The notes beneath the pieces are model-generated. The model was not told where the DNA came from, did not search any database, and saw nothing but the letters and a program-made list of their open reading frames with translations. Of a DNA stretch of 64,000 bases, positions 8,711 through 17,241 are shown piece by piece; the first letter of the stretch is position 1, and every line of letters begins with the position of its first letter. The position numbers and the translations under genes are program-made. The DNA is from an uncultured Candidatus Peribacteria bacterium (GTDB lineage Bacteria; Patescibacteriota; Gracilibacteria; Peribacterales; Peribacteraceae). Location: contig CAYWJU010000002.1 in NCBI GenBank assembly GCA_964458645.1, positions 67,033 to 131,032 of the forward strand. Direction: 5' to 3'.

Positions 8711-10138
8711 TTAGTTTTTGAGTTTTCCGATCAGCTCATCGATCGTCACACGCTCTTGTTTCAACGTGTCACGGTCGCGAATCGTCACGGTGTCCTTGGC
8801 GCCTTGTTCGGTGTCTTCGCCCAGCGTTCCGAAGTCGACGGTAATGCACTTGGGCGTGCCGGTTTCGTCTTGGCGGCGGTAGCGCTTGCCGATGCTTCCG
8901 GTGAGATCGAAATCAATCGTCAGGTCGGTTTCTTGAACAAGTTTTGTGTACACATCTTGAGCCTTGGCAACGAGGTGTTCCTTCTTGCTAAGCGGCAGAA
9001 TAGCTACGTCCACTGGGGCCATTTTCGGAGCGAATTTTAGCACCGTGCGCACGTCGTCTTCGGCTACTTTTTCCTCGTTGTACGCTTCCAGCAAGAGTGC
9101 CAACACGGCGCGCGTCAGACCGAACGTCGGCTCGACTACATACGGCAAAAACTTTTTCTTTGGGTCGTCCGGATCGGTGTACTTCAGGTCCTGCCCCGAG
9201 AACTTCTCGTGCTGTGTGAGGTCGAAATCCGAGCGGTTGGCCAAACCGAATAATTCCCCCCAACCCCACGGGTACATGTACTCGATGTCCAGTGTGCGGC
9301 TGGAGTAGTGCGACAACTCTTCCTTGGTGTGCTCGCGGATGCGCAGACGCTCGGCGGAAAGCCCGATGTCCAAGCACCACTGCCACATTGCATCTTTCCA
9401 CTTTTCGAAGTGGACGCCTTCCGTTCCCGGTTCGATGAAGTACTCGATTTCCATCTGCTGGAATTCACGGGTGCGGAATGTGAAGTTGCCGGGAGTGATC
9501 TCGTTGCGGAATACCGTGCCGACCTGCGCGATTCCAAACGGCAGGCGCTTGCGCATGGTTTGCGACACGCTCTTAAAGTCCACGAACATGCCTTGGGCCG
9601 TTTCCGGACGCAGGTAAATGTCGCTGCCTTCGCCTTCCACTACGCCTTGTTCGGTCTTGAACATGAGGCTGAACTTCTTGGCCACGGTCCAATCCACGCT
9701 TTTGCAGTTCGGGCAGGCGATCTTCTCGGCCATGAGCATCGGCTGCACCTGGTCGAGCTTCAGAATGGCTGCGGCCTCCACACCCATTTTTTCTTCAATG
9801 AGTTTGTCGCCGCGGAAGCGCTGCTTGCATTTCTTGCAGTCCACCAGCGGGTCGCCGAAGTTGCTGACGTGGCCGCTGGCTTCCCAGACTTTGGGGTTCA
9901 TAAGAATGCCGCTCTCCAAACCCACCATGTCTTGGCGGCTGCGGACGAAGCGGTTCCACCACAATTTCTGCACGCGGCTTTTCAGTTCCAATCCCAGCGG
10001 GCCGTAGTCCCAGGTGTTCGCCAGTCCGCCGTAAATCTCGGAGCCCGGAAACACGAATCCGCGGCGTTTGCAGAGCGAGACGATTTGGTCGAGGGTGGTG
10101 GCGGGCACGGGTGAGAGATGGGAAGCGGCCCAGAGCAT
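8711..10138 (-). CDS. glyQS: Glycine--tRNA ligase (homodimeric class II type)
   Basis: LDQIVSLCKRRGFVFPGSEIYGGLANTWDYGPLGLELK... and the class II core. The true start may be GTG at 10108 (VPATTLDQIV), because ATG 10138 lies inside a TGcTATGCT -10-like box. Confidence 0.95.
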   Translation of the reverse strand: MLWAASHLSPVPATTLDQIVSLCKRRGFVFPGSEIYGGLANTWDYGPLGLELKSRVQKLWWNRFVRSRQDMVGLESGILMNPKVWEASGHVSNFGDPLVDCKKCKQRFRGDKLIEEKMGVEAAAILKLDQVQPMLMAEKIACPNCKSVDWTVAKKFSLMFKTEQGVVEGEGSDIYLRPETAQGMFVDFKSVSQTMRKRLPFGIAQVGTVFRNEITPGNFTFRTREFQQMEIEYFIEPGTEGVHFEKWKDAMWQWCLDIGLSAERLRIREHTKEELSHYSSRTLDIEYMYPWGWGELFGLANRSDFDLTQHEKFSGQDLKYTDPDDPKKKFLPYVVEPTFGLTRAVLALLLEAYNEEKVAEDDVRTVLKFAPKMAPVDVAILPLSKKEHLVAKAQDVYTKLVQETDLTIDFDLTGSIGKRYRRQDETGTPKCITVDFGTLGEDTEQGAKDTVTIRDRDTLKQERVTIDELIGKLKN

Positions 10139-10158
10139 AGCAGGAAACGGGCGCTTTT

Positions 10159-10197
10159 GCGGAGTCCAAGGAGTCTTGGCGTCACGGAGTCGCGTCC
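10159..10197. repeat. GGANTCC-unit array (locus 2)
   Basis: GAGTC at 10162, 10171 and 10187, between the divergent glyQS and ORF 10254. Confidence 0.6.
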
Positions 10198-10253
10198 TGC
10201 TTTATCAGAAGCCAAAAATCCGGTATACTGTATTCAATACCAATATCCAGTCC

Positions 10254-11552
10254 ATGCCTCCGGAGAGCCGTGAACCATTGAACGAGTCGCAGGATGCTCA
10301 CCTGAGAGTGAATCTGCCCGAACGCCCGAACCCGGCGCTGCCGTTTGCCGATGCCCAAAATAAAGAGCTGGATGCCGCCCGCGCGAAGTACTGGAAGGCA
10401 GCCGAGGATTGTTCGGTATTTCCGCTTACAGACGAAGCCAAAATCGCACTGCGACTCATCGGCGAATTAGGCCCCAAGCATTTCAAGGCTATTAACGACA
10501 AGTACGACAAAATCCGCACTCTGGTTGCCAGTTGCCAGCGGCGCATTGAGACCTCGCATGCGGAACTGGAAAAAACGAGAAAAGAACTGAAGGAGCTGAA
10601 CAAGCCTTTTGGACTGGTGCAAGAGTTGGTGGGCATGCGGAAGGTCATCTCAAAAGATGGAGTTGCCGAAGCGAATCTGATTCTCGATCTGGAGGATAGG
10701 ATAAAGGCACTCACGGCACTTGCTGATCCGTCCGTCCCGCCCGAATACGCGATGTATCAGCTGGACCAAATGACCGCTCCCGGTGCGGGAGTGCGCTATG
10801 ACTTTTCAGCTTCCGATGCTGCAAACAAGGACGTGAACAGGAAGGCCGACAAATGGGAGCAGAGCCTCGATGCGGTCGACCAGGCGGTCGGCATGGTCAG
10901 CAAGGCCGTTCCATGGGGCCCGGAGGTGTACATCGCCATGAAGTCGCTGGGTGGGACGATCGGCGGGGGTAACAGTGAAGAGATCATTCAGAAGAACATC
11001 CGGCAGTATCTGGAAATCCGCCTTGGCAAAGGCGCACGGGTAGCGTTGGCCGGAGCGGAGCACCACGATGAAATTCTGCTGGTGCTGAAGGAATCCGACA
11101 AACTGGCCGAAGTCATGCCCGAGTTGTTGCCACTGCTCGAAGAGGCCGCACCGGTTGCCGCTGATCAGGCAGAAAACAATGCGTCGCTGCTCACCAGGAA
11201 AATCCTCAAGGGATTCATCAAGCGAAAGTTCCCCAAGCTCGCTGCCGCGAAAGGGATTACCGAAGAACTCGTAGATGGCGCATCCGCCACCGATGCCGTT
11301 GCCGCCAATCGCAGGAACCTGCTCCGAGCTACCAAAAAGAGTGCTCCGGTCGTGAAAACAACCACCAACGTTGTTGCGGACGAAGCTGCGGGCAAGCTTC
11401 AGACCACTGAGTATAAAATCGACCGTTTCCAGAAAGCGGTGAAGGAAAAGATGGCCGAGCACGCAATTGATCCTGCGTTGCAGGCCGAAATTGAGCAGAC
11501 GTTGGCCGAAGTTCTCCGGGAGCGACTTGAGGCAGGGCAAAAGGCGAAATAG
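10254..11552 (+). CDS. Hypothetical protein, predicted coiled-coil rich
   Basis: Long ORF with host-like codon usage. The start was trimmed to ATG 10254 because the ORF-track start overlaps glyQS. No known motif. Confidence 0.6.
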   Translation: MPPESREPLNESQDAHLRVNLPERPNPALPFADAQNKELDAARAKYWKAAEDCSVFPLTDEAKIALRLIGELGPKHFKAINDKYDKIRTLVASCQRRIETSHAELEKTRKELKELNKPFGLVQELVGMRKVISKDGVAEANLILDLEDRIKALTALADPSVPPEYAMYQLDQMTAPGAGVRYDFSASDAANKDVNRKADKWEQSLDAVDQAVGMVSKAVPWGPEVYIAMKSLGGTIGGGNSEEIIQKNIRQYLEIRLGKGARVALAGAEHHDEILLVLKESDKLAEVMPELLPLLEEAAPVAADQAENNASLLTRKILKGFIKRKFPKLAAAKGITEELVDGASATDAVAANRRNLLRATKKSAPVVKTTTNVVADEAAGKLQTTEYKIDRFQKAVKEKMAEHAIDPALQAEIEQTLAEVLRERLEAGQKAK

Positions 11553-11618
11553 CCGACTTCCACGCTGGCAAGCCACCTACCGAGCATCGGTGTATTTCTT
11601 TATTTTAAGCCAAAAATC

Positions 11619-11627
11619 TGCTATAAT
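11619..11627 (+). promoter_or_regulatory. Extended -10 TGcTATAAT upstream of the PrsW-like gene
   Basis: Sequence match 20 nt upstream of ATG 11648. Confidence 0.5.
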
Positions 11628-11647
11628 CCTAAGATTTTATCAACTGA

Positions 11648-13222
11648 ATGACTATCCCGATCATCATCGGCGTTGTGATCGTAGCGTTCATCCTCATCCG
11701 AGTGTGGACGGGAGCCATGAACATTACGTCGGTCGAAAGCCAGTCCTTGGCCGACGTGGAAAGCAAGCATCCGTACCTGCCAAGTCTGAAAGTCATGATT
11801 GCGGCAGTCGTGGTTACGGCAGTCGTTATTTTCTTGTCGGTGCAGTACGGCAAGGGCACGACGCTGTTGACCAGCGTGGTGGATCAGTCCACTGCCTATC
11901 GCTCGTTGTTCGTGTTCTTGGCGATTCTGGCATTCGGTATTTTCGACCAGGCTCGTTGGCACGGTTCGAAGGATCGGTATCGATACTTTTTTGCGTTCGT
12001 GCTGGGTACCGTCGTTACATGGATTCTTATTGCGTTCAAACGTGCGATTTTTGAAACAGGCATTCAGCAGGATCCGTTCCTTGTGGCACTGGGTGTCGTG
12101 TGTGTTGTCATCGCTTGGAGGTTTTTGTTCGGTCCTTGGAGTGCGAGCATTAAGGCCACGGTGCTCGGCACATTCGTCTTCTGGGTGTCGTATGCCATTT
12201 TGCGACATTCCACTAGTGAAATGCTGCTCTCCACGGCGTTGGCATCACTTGTTGCCATTGTGCCGGTGATCGTCTGGTGCAAGTTGTTTTTGTCGTATCA
12301 TCGGCAGCGTCTGAGCATCGTATTCCTGGCGTTCTTTGCCGGCATGCTCTCCACCGCGCCGATCTTGTTTTACCACGAGCTGATGATGCATTCGATTCAG
12401 CTCAACTTCTTTTTGTTCAAAGTCGTCCCGCTCAGCTTCGGCAGCAGTGCGGGAGCGTTCGTGAAAACCACGTTGCTCGAGGGCGTGGGGCTGAAGACCA
12501 CGCTGGCAATCGTCCTCACCACGCTGGTGACATATCTGATTGTCGGAATCATTGAAGAAGTGAGCAAATACTGGGTGTTGCGTCACAGTAGTAAGTCTTT
12601 CTTTCGGTCGATTGACGACGTCATGCAGCTGGCCATTATCGTGGCGATTGGATTCGCCTTTGCCGAGAACCTTGTGAATCCCACGTATTTCGTCGGTTTC
12701 GTTCGTAACTACCTCATCCGTCCGGAGACGCCCATGTGGGGTGCGTTCCTCGGCAATGTCATCGGCCGTTCGGTGCTCACCAATATGGTGCACATCCTTT
12801 CTACCGGCGTGCTGGGCTACTTCTTTGGCTTGGCGTTCTTTGCTTCGCCGTTGCTGCGCGATCAATTTGCTCAGGGCAATGTTCATCCGGTTATCAACTG
12901 GATCCGTCGCCTGCTCGATCTGCATACAGAGGCCGTCTATGGTCGCTTCCAAATGGCACTCGGTTTATCTGCGTCCATCATTTTGCATGGCCTGTTTGAC
13001 TTCACGGTGTCGTTGCCCGATGTCCTGCCCGGAAACCCGGCCAGCATCGGTGCGCTGGTCGGTGCCGAGGCGAATTCATTCTTAAGTGGCATCGCCATCA
13101 CCCTGGTGCCTGCCGTGTTGTATGTGGTCGGAGGATTGTGGTTGTTGGTCTACCTATTCGCACGCAAAGAGGACATGAAAGAGTACGGCTCCGTGGTGGA
13201 GACGCAGACGTTCATCAGCTGA
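11648..13222 (+). CDS. PrsW-family intramembrane protease (multi-pass membrane protein)
   Basis: Motifs IIEEVSKYWVL, GFAFAENL, HILSTGVLGYFFG and ILHGLFDF, plus many hydrophobic helices. Confidence 0.8.
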   Translation: MTIPIIIGVVIVAFILIRVWTGAMNITSVESQSLADVESKHPYLPSLKVMIAAVVVTAVVIFLSVQYGKGTTLLTSVVDQSTAYRSLFVFLAILAFGIFDQARWHGSKDRYRYFFAFVLGTVVTWILIAFKRAIFETGIQQDPFLVALGVVCVVIAWRFLFGPWSASIKATVLGTFVFWVSYAILRHSTSEMLLSTALASLVAIVPVIVWCKLFLSYHRQRLSIVFLAFFAGMLSTAPILFYHELMMHSIQLNFFLFKVVPLSFGSSAGAFVKTTLLEGVGLKTTLAIVLTTLVTYLIVGIIEEVSKYWVLRHSSKSFFRSIDDVMQLAIIVAIGFAFAENLVNPTYFVGFVRNYLIRPETPMWGAFLGNVIGRSVLTNMVHILSTGVLGYFFGLAFFASPLLRDQFAQGNVHPVINWIRRLLDLHTEAVYGRFQMALGLSASIILHGLFDFTVSLPDVLPGNPASIGALVGAEANSFLSGIAITLVPAVLYVVGGLWLLVYLFARKEDMKEYGSVVETQTFIS

Positions 13223-13341
13223 CCATAAGAATGGATTAACACGTGGCGTACTCCACGGTTGTTTTGCCACATCGCGGCGCGTACCATACGCGGTACCTCC
13301 CGTTTCGCGTTCGTACGAATCGGGTTTCCCACCCTGTCGTT

Positions 13342-14934
13342 ATGTCCATGCGCAAGTCTCTCGCCGCCCTGTTCATCGCCGCTCAACTGCTTTCGCCTGC
13401 CGCTACATTCGCGCGTCCGGTGAGCGATATCGTCAATGTTTCTGCCGAAACGGTTTCCCGTATCGACTTCCTGACATGGTCTGCCGAAGTCACGGGTTTG
13501 CGCAAAAGCGACGACTGCACCTTGTCTTACACTCGCTATCCCAAGGGCCGCAAAGGAACATTGTGCTTGGCAAAGAATTCAGGAGCGCTGGAGGCATTCG
13601 GCCCTGTGACCATGAGCTACAACCTGAATAAGCCCATTTCACGCGGCGAAGCTGTAGATGTGCTCACTCAGATTATCGGCAAGCGCAAAGAGGCCGATGT
13701 CTCCGCATTCAAAGATGTAAAGACCACCCGCCAGAAGCAGGCCGTCATGAACGCCATCGCACTGAAGTGGATGAACCCGGTCCGTGCCGATGCATTCGGC
13801 TGGAACGATCTTCTCACCGGCACCGAAGCCTCGTCGTTGTTGCAGGCTGCCGGCGATGCGGTGCCGCTCCAATTCACGGTAAAAGTGAACCAGGGTACGA
13901 CGACTCCGCTACCGAAGGAGGAATTGATGAATTCCATCTGGCAAATTATTCAGCGCGATTACTACAAGAAGGATGAGGTCAATGGTGACGAAGCCGCCTA
14001 CAAAGCAATTGAAGGAATGGTCAGCGGTCTGAATGACCCGTATTCCACATTCTTCCGCCCCGTTGGTGCGACCGAGTTCAGCAACGGCATTAAGGGTGAA
14101 GTGAGCGGTATTGGCGCTCACGTCGAGGACAAGGGTGGCATGGTCATGATCGTGGCTCCGTTGCCGGGTTCACCGGCTGAGCGTGCAGGCTTGCAGACCG
14201 GCGACCAAATTCTGGAGGCCGACGGACATGTGTTGACCGGTATTGGCTTGGACAAAGCCGTAGGGTACATCCGCGGTGAAAAAGGTACGTTCGTAGAGCT
14301 GAAATTGCTCCGCTCCGGCATTCAAATCAGCGTTCGCGTCGAGCGTGCCATCATCTCCATCCCAGAGGTGCAGGTGAAGTGGCAGGGCGACATTGCCATC
14401 GTCGAACTGCTGCAGTTCGGCGAGACCACCGAGCGCCAAATCCGCACTGTCTTCACCGACATTGCGAAGAAGAAGCCCAAGGGCATTATTTTGGATTTGA
14501 GAAACAACCCCGGAGGCTTGCTGAGTGCGGCCGATACTGTGGTCAGCAACTTCGTTCCCCAGGGCAGCATCGTTGCCCAAGTGAAGTCGCCGAGCGAAAC
14601 TCGGAATGAAATCACCCTGGATGCCCCCACCGTTTCCGATACGACGAAAGTGGTGGTGCTGGTGAACAAGGGGTCTGCCAGCGCTTCCGAAATTGTTGCC
14701 GGCGCTCTGCAGGACTACAAGCGTGCGACCATCGTTGGCGAGACGACGTTCGGCAAAGGAAGCGTGCAGGAAGTCATCTCCTTCAGCGGAGGCGAAGCCC
14801 TGAAGCTTACCGTTGCAAACTACTTCACTCCGCTTGGTAACAAGGTCGATGGTATTGGAATCAAGCCCGATATCACCGTGACTGCCGACGATCGCGATGC
14901 ACAGTTGCAGCGCGCCTTGGATATCCTTCGCTAA
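13342..14934 (+). CDS. ctp: Carboxy-terminal processing protease (S41) with PDZ domain and N-terminal SLH-like repeats
   Basis: PAERAGLQTGDQILEADG (PDZ), LDLRNNPGG, GSASASEIVAGALQD, TFGKGSVQ. Signal peptide from MSMRKSLAALFIAAQLL. Confidence 0.9.
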   Translation: MSMRKSLAALFIAAQLLSPAATFARPVSDIVNVSAETVSRIDFLTWSAEVTGLRKSDDCTLSYTRYPKGRKGTLCLAKNSGALEAFGPVTMSYNLNKPISRGEAVDVLTQIIGKRKEADVSAFKDVKTTRQKQAVMNAIALKWMNPVRADAFGWNDLLTGTEASSLLQAAGDAVPLQFTVKVNQGTTTPLPKEELMNSIWQIIQRDYYKKDEVNGDEAAYKAIEGMVSGLNDPYSTFFRPVGATEFSNGIKGEVSGIGAHVEDKGGMVMIVAPLPGSPAERAGLQTGDQILEADGHVLTGIGLDKAVGYIRGEKGTFVELKLLRSGIQISVRVERAIISIPEVQVKWQGDIAIVELLQFGETTERQIRTVFTDIAKKKPKGIILDLRNNPGGLLSAADTVVSNFVPQGSIVAQVKSPSETRNEITLDAPTVSDTTKVVVLVNKGSASASEIVAGALQDYKRATIVGETTFGKGSVQEVISFSGGEALKLTVANYFTPLGNKVDGIGIKPDITVTADDRDAQLQRALDILR

Positions 14935-14940
14935 GCAACT

Positions 14941-14976
14941 CGCGAGAGGGAAACCCGCTGCGGTTTCCCTCTCGCG
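14941..14976 (+). terminator. Strong hairpin downstream of ctp
   Basis: Perfect 15-bp stem CGCGAGAGGGAAACC/GGTTTCCCTCTCGCG. There is no clear T-run. Confidence 0.5.
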
Positions 14977-15055
14977 GACTCTCCTTTCCCTGCGCGGAGC
15001 GGCTCCAGCGACGGGGCCCGCTAGACCCATCGCTTCGCCGCGCCTTGTAAAACGA

Positions 15056-15061
15056 TACAAT
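15056..15061 (+). promoter_or_regulatory. -10 box TACAAT, 7 nt upstream of ATG 15069
   Basis: Sequence match. It implies that the ATG at 15060 is not used. Confidence 0.45.
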
Positions 15062-15068
15062 GCCCTCC

Positions 15069-15641
15069 ATGCAAAAGCTCATCTTGGCCTCCGCCAGTCC
15101 GCAGCGCAAAACGCTCTTGTCTGGCCTTGGCGTAGAATTCGATGTCATCCCGAGCACCGTGGATGAAGAAGCCTGCACCGTTGTCGATCCGGCCGACCGG
15201 TCTGTCACGCTGGCGCGCCTGAAGGCCGAGGATGTTGCCGCCCGCAACCGCGGTGCGTTCGTCATCGGTTGCGACACGCTGGTGGTGGATAATAAGGGAG
15301 AGCGGCTGGAGAAGCCCGTGGATGAAGCGGATGCCCGCCGCATGCTGATGCTGCACGCCGGAACGCGCTCCACCGTGCACTCGGGCCTGTGTGTCATCAG
15401 TCCGTTCGGCGAAATGGAAGAGGGGATCTCGAGCTCGCATGTTTGGTTCAAAGAACTCAGCAAGCAAGACCTTGACTGGTGGATCGGCACCGGACAATGG
15501 AAAGACCGCTCTGGCGGATTCCAGATCGACGGGCTGGGTCAATTGATGATCGAGCGCATCGACGGCGACTGGACGAGCATCGTCGGTCTGCCGGTGTTCC
15601 TGCTGGGTCAGCTGCTCAACAAAAGCGGCTTCGATTTGTAA
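15069..15641 (+). CDS. maf: Maf-like nucleoside triphosphate pyrophosphatase
   Basis: LILASASPQRKTLL...VIGCDTLV...GGFQIDGLG motifs. Confidence 0.9.
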   Translation: MQKLILASASPQRKTLLSGLGVEFDVIPSTVDEEACTVVDPADRSVTLARLKAEDVAARNRGAFVIGCDTLVVDNKGERLEKPVDEADARRMLMLHAGTRSTVHSGLCVISPFGEMEEGISSSHVWFKELSKQDLDWWIGTGQWKDRSGGFQIDGLGQLMIERIDGDWTSIVGLPVFLLGQLLNKSGFDL

Positions 15642-15642
15642 T

Positions 15643-15735
15643 CAGGAATCCGAAGAAACCGACGAAGCCGACGACTCAGAGGAATGCAGTTGTTCATCGG
15701 ACTCTTTGGAGTCCTTGGATTCCTCGGAATCTACA
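15643..15735. repeat. GGANTCC-unit array (locus 3, about 10 units in a single 9-bp phase)
   Basis: GANTC at 15647, 15674, 15701, 15710, 15719 and 15728, all congruent modulo 9. The last four are GACTC, GAGTC, GATTC and GAATC. Confidence 0.75.
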
Positions 15736-15771
15736 AAAAGAACCAATGGTATCCAGAACCACTCCTGCTCT

Positions 15772-15987
15772 CTACATGTTGGAGTAATACTGGTTCTTGC
15801 GGTTCTGAGCGCGGAAACCTTCGCGCTTGAGGGCGCGGATACGCTGCAGACGGCGGGTGAGGGGCTTCTTGCGGTACTTGCGCTCGCGCAGGATCTTTAC
15901 GAAGCGTGCTTCCTGGACCTGCTTTTTAAAGCGGCCCTGCAAGCGGTCGTTCGATTCCTCGCCTTTTTTGATTGCGTAGACGGTCAT
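15772..15987 (-). CDS. rpsU: 30S ribosomal protein S21
   Basis: 71-aa basic protein ...NDRLQGRFKKQVQEARFVKILRERKYRKKP.... The start was trimmed to ATG 15987. Confidence 0.8.
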   Translation of the reverse strand: MTVYAIKKGEESNDRLQGRFKKQVQEARFVKILRERKYRKKPLTRRLQRIRALKREGFRAQNRKNQYYSNM

Positions 15988-16063
15988 AAAGCTGAGGTAC
16001 TTTAGGGGAGAGGCGGCGAGGCTGCAAGTGCAATTTGGTGGTGTCCGGGATTCTGCTTCATAG

Positions 16064-16102
16064 ACAAAAACACCCCTGCAACCGACTCCGTCGGTTGCAG
16101 GG
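16064..16102 (-). terminator. Rho-independent terminator of the TIM-barrel gene
   Basis: Perfect 13-bp stem CCCTGCAACCGAC/GTCGGTTGCAGGG with a 3-nt loop, then a T-run on the minus strand. Confidence 0.7.
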
Positions 16103-16140
16103 AATGCAGCGGATTGAAAGCAGCGACACGGAATCGTCAA

Positions 16141-17067
16141 TCAGAACGTCAGCACGCCCATCTGCTCGAGGTGGGCGAAGGTCTTGTCATAGAACACCCG
16201 CGCGTCGATGGCGGGCGGCAGCCCGACACCCAGCGGCGGAATCTCGTTGCGCGTGGCCTGCCCGAACGGCTCGGCTACGATCGGTCCTTCGTAGTTGGCG
16301 GCGGTGAGCGCCCGCCCGAAGAGGTACCAGTTGATCAGGTCGATGAAGCCCTGTTCGTACGTACCCGGCACGGATCGGAAGTCGCCGTGCGCGTGGACGT
16401 ACTTGAGGTACTTCGCCAGCAGAATGATCACGTCGTGGGGTACCTCACGCCGTTCCCGCATGTGGAACGTGTCGGCGTGGGCACCGATCTCGGGGTGGTC
16501 GATGAGCTGGAGGAGGTGTAGCAGTTCCGCGGCGGAACCGATCGCCCCCTCGTCCTCCCCGGGCCGCAGGTACTCCACCGCGACGGTGATACCCTGTCCG
16601 TCGATGATCTTGGCGACGCGCGCGTAGAACTGGCGGATGCGGTCGCGAATCACGCTTCGGCTCTGGCCGTAGCGCTGACCGAGAACGAAGCAGTTGGGTC
16701 CGGTGATGAACCGTACCTTCAGCCCGCCCGCCCGCAGCGCGTTGATGTAGTCCACGTCGGCTTGAAACGTGGCGACCGCGGCGGTGACCAAGTCCGGGTC
16801 GTTGGATAGCGGATCACCGCACGGCGGGATGCCGCCGGGGTTGCCGGGGTAGAACCGGCAGTAGGAGACGTGGTCGATGCCACCCGCCAGCACGGCTGCC
16901 GCGGTCTTGTCGGCAGGCGTCTGCAGGAGTGCAGTGCATGTCAGTTCGAGGAGCGTGCCCCCCGCCTGCTTCACGGTTCGCGCGGCGTTCGTCAGCCGGG
17001 GTTCATCACCCGGTTTGTACGTCGCGCCGAAGGCCAGCAGGTGGCCTCCGTAGGTTCGTCGGTTCAT
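16141..17067 (-). CDS. Sugar phosphate isomerase/epimerase (xylose-isomerase-like TIM barrel)
   Basis: Family-typical pattern ...VEYLRPGE...HADTFHM...YVHAHG...EPFG. Codon third positions are almost all G/C, unlike the neighbouring genes. Confidence 0.75.
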   Translation of the reverse strand: MNRRTYGGHLLAFGATYKPGDEPRLTNAARTVKQAGGTLLELTCTALLQTPADKTAAAVLAGGIDHVSYCRFYPGNPGGIPPCGDPLSNDPDLVTAAVATFQADVDYINALRAGGLKVRFITGPNCFVLGQRYGQSRSVIRDRIRQFYARVAKIIDGQGITVAVEYLRPGEDEGAIGSAAELLHLLQLIDHPEIGAHADTFHMRERREVPHDVIILLAKYLKYVHAHGDFRSVPGTYEQGFIDLINWYLFGRALTAANYEGPIVAEPFGQATRNEIPPLGVGLPPAIDARVFYDKTFAHLEQMGVLTF

Positions 17068-17241
17068 GTCTCGGTATCCTTGTGAAAAAGTTGTGGTGTG
17101 TCGCCGCTGCTGTCAACGATCGCTGCTCCTCACGTGAGAACAGCCCGCCGGAGAATCCTTCTCCGGTTGTGTGGGCTGGAACGCAAGTTGCGCACTATAG
17201 GAGAGCACGGCAAAACTGACAACCTGCCTTTGCATTAGGCT

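Noticed and set aside
15643-15735. Could the short periodic repeats be a CRISPR array?
   Set aside because: The units are only 9 bp, are contiguous with no spacers, and are degenerate. No cas genes are in the window. This is not CRISPR architecture.
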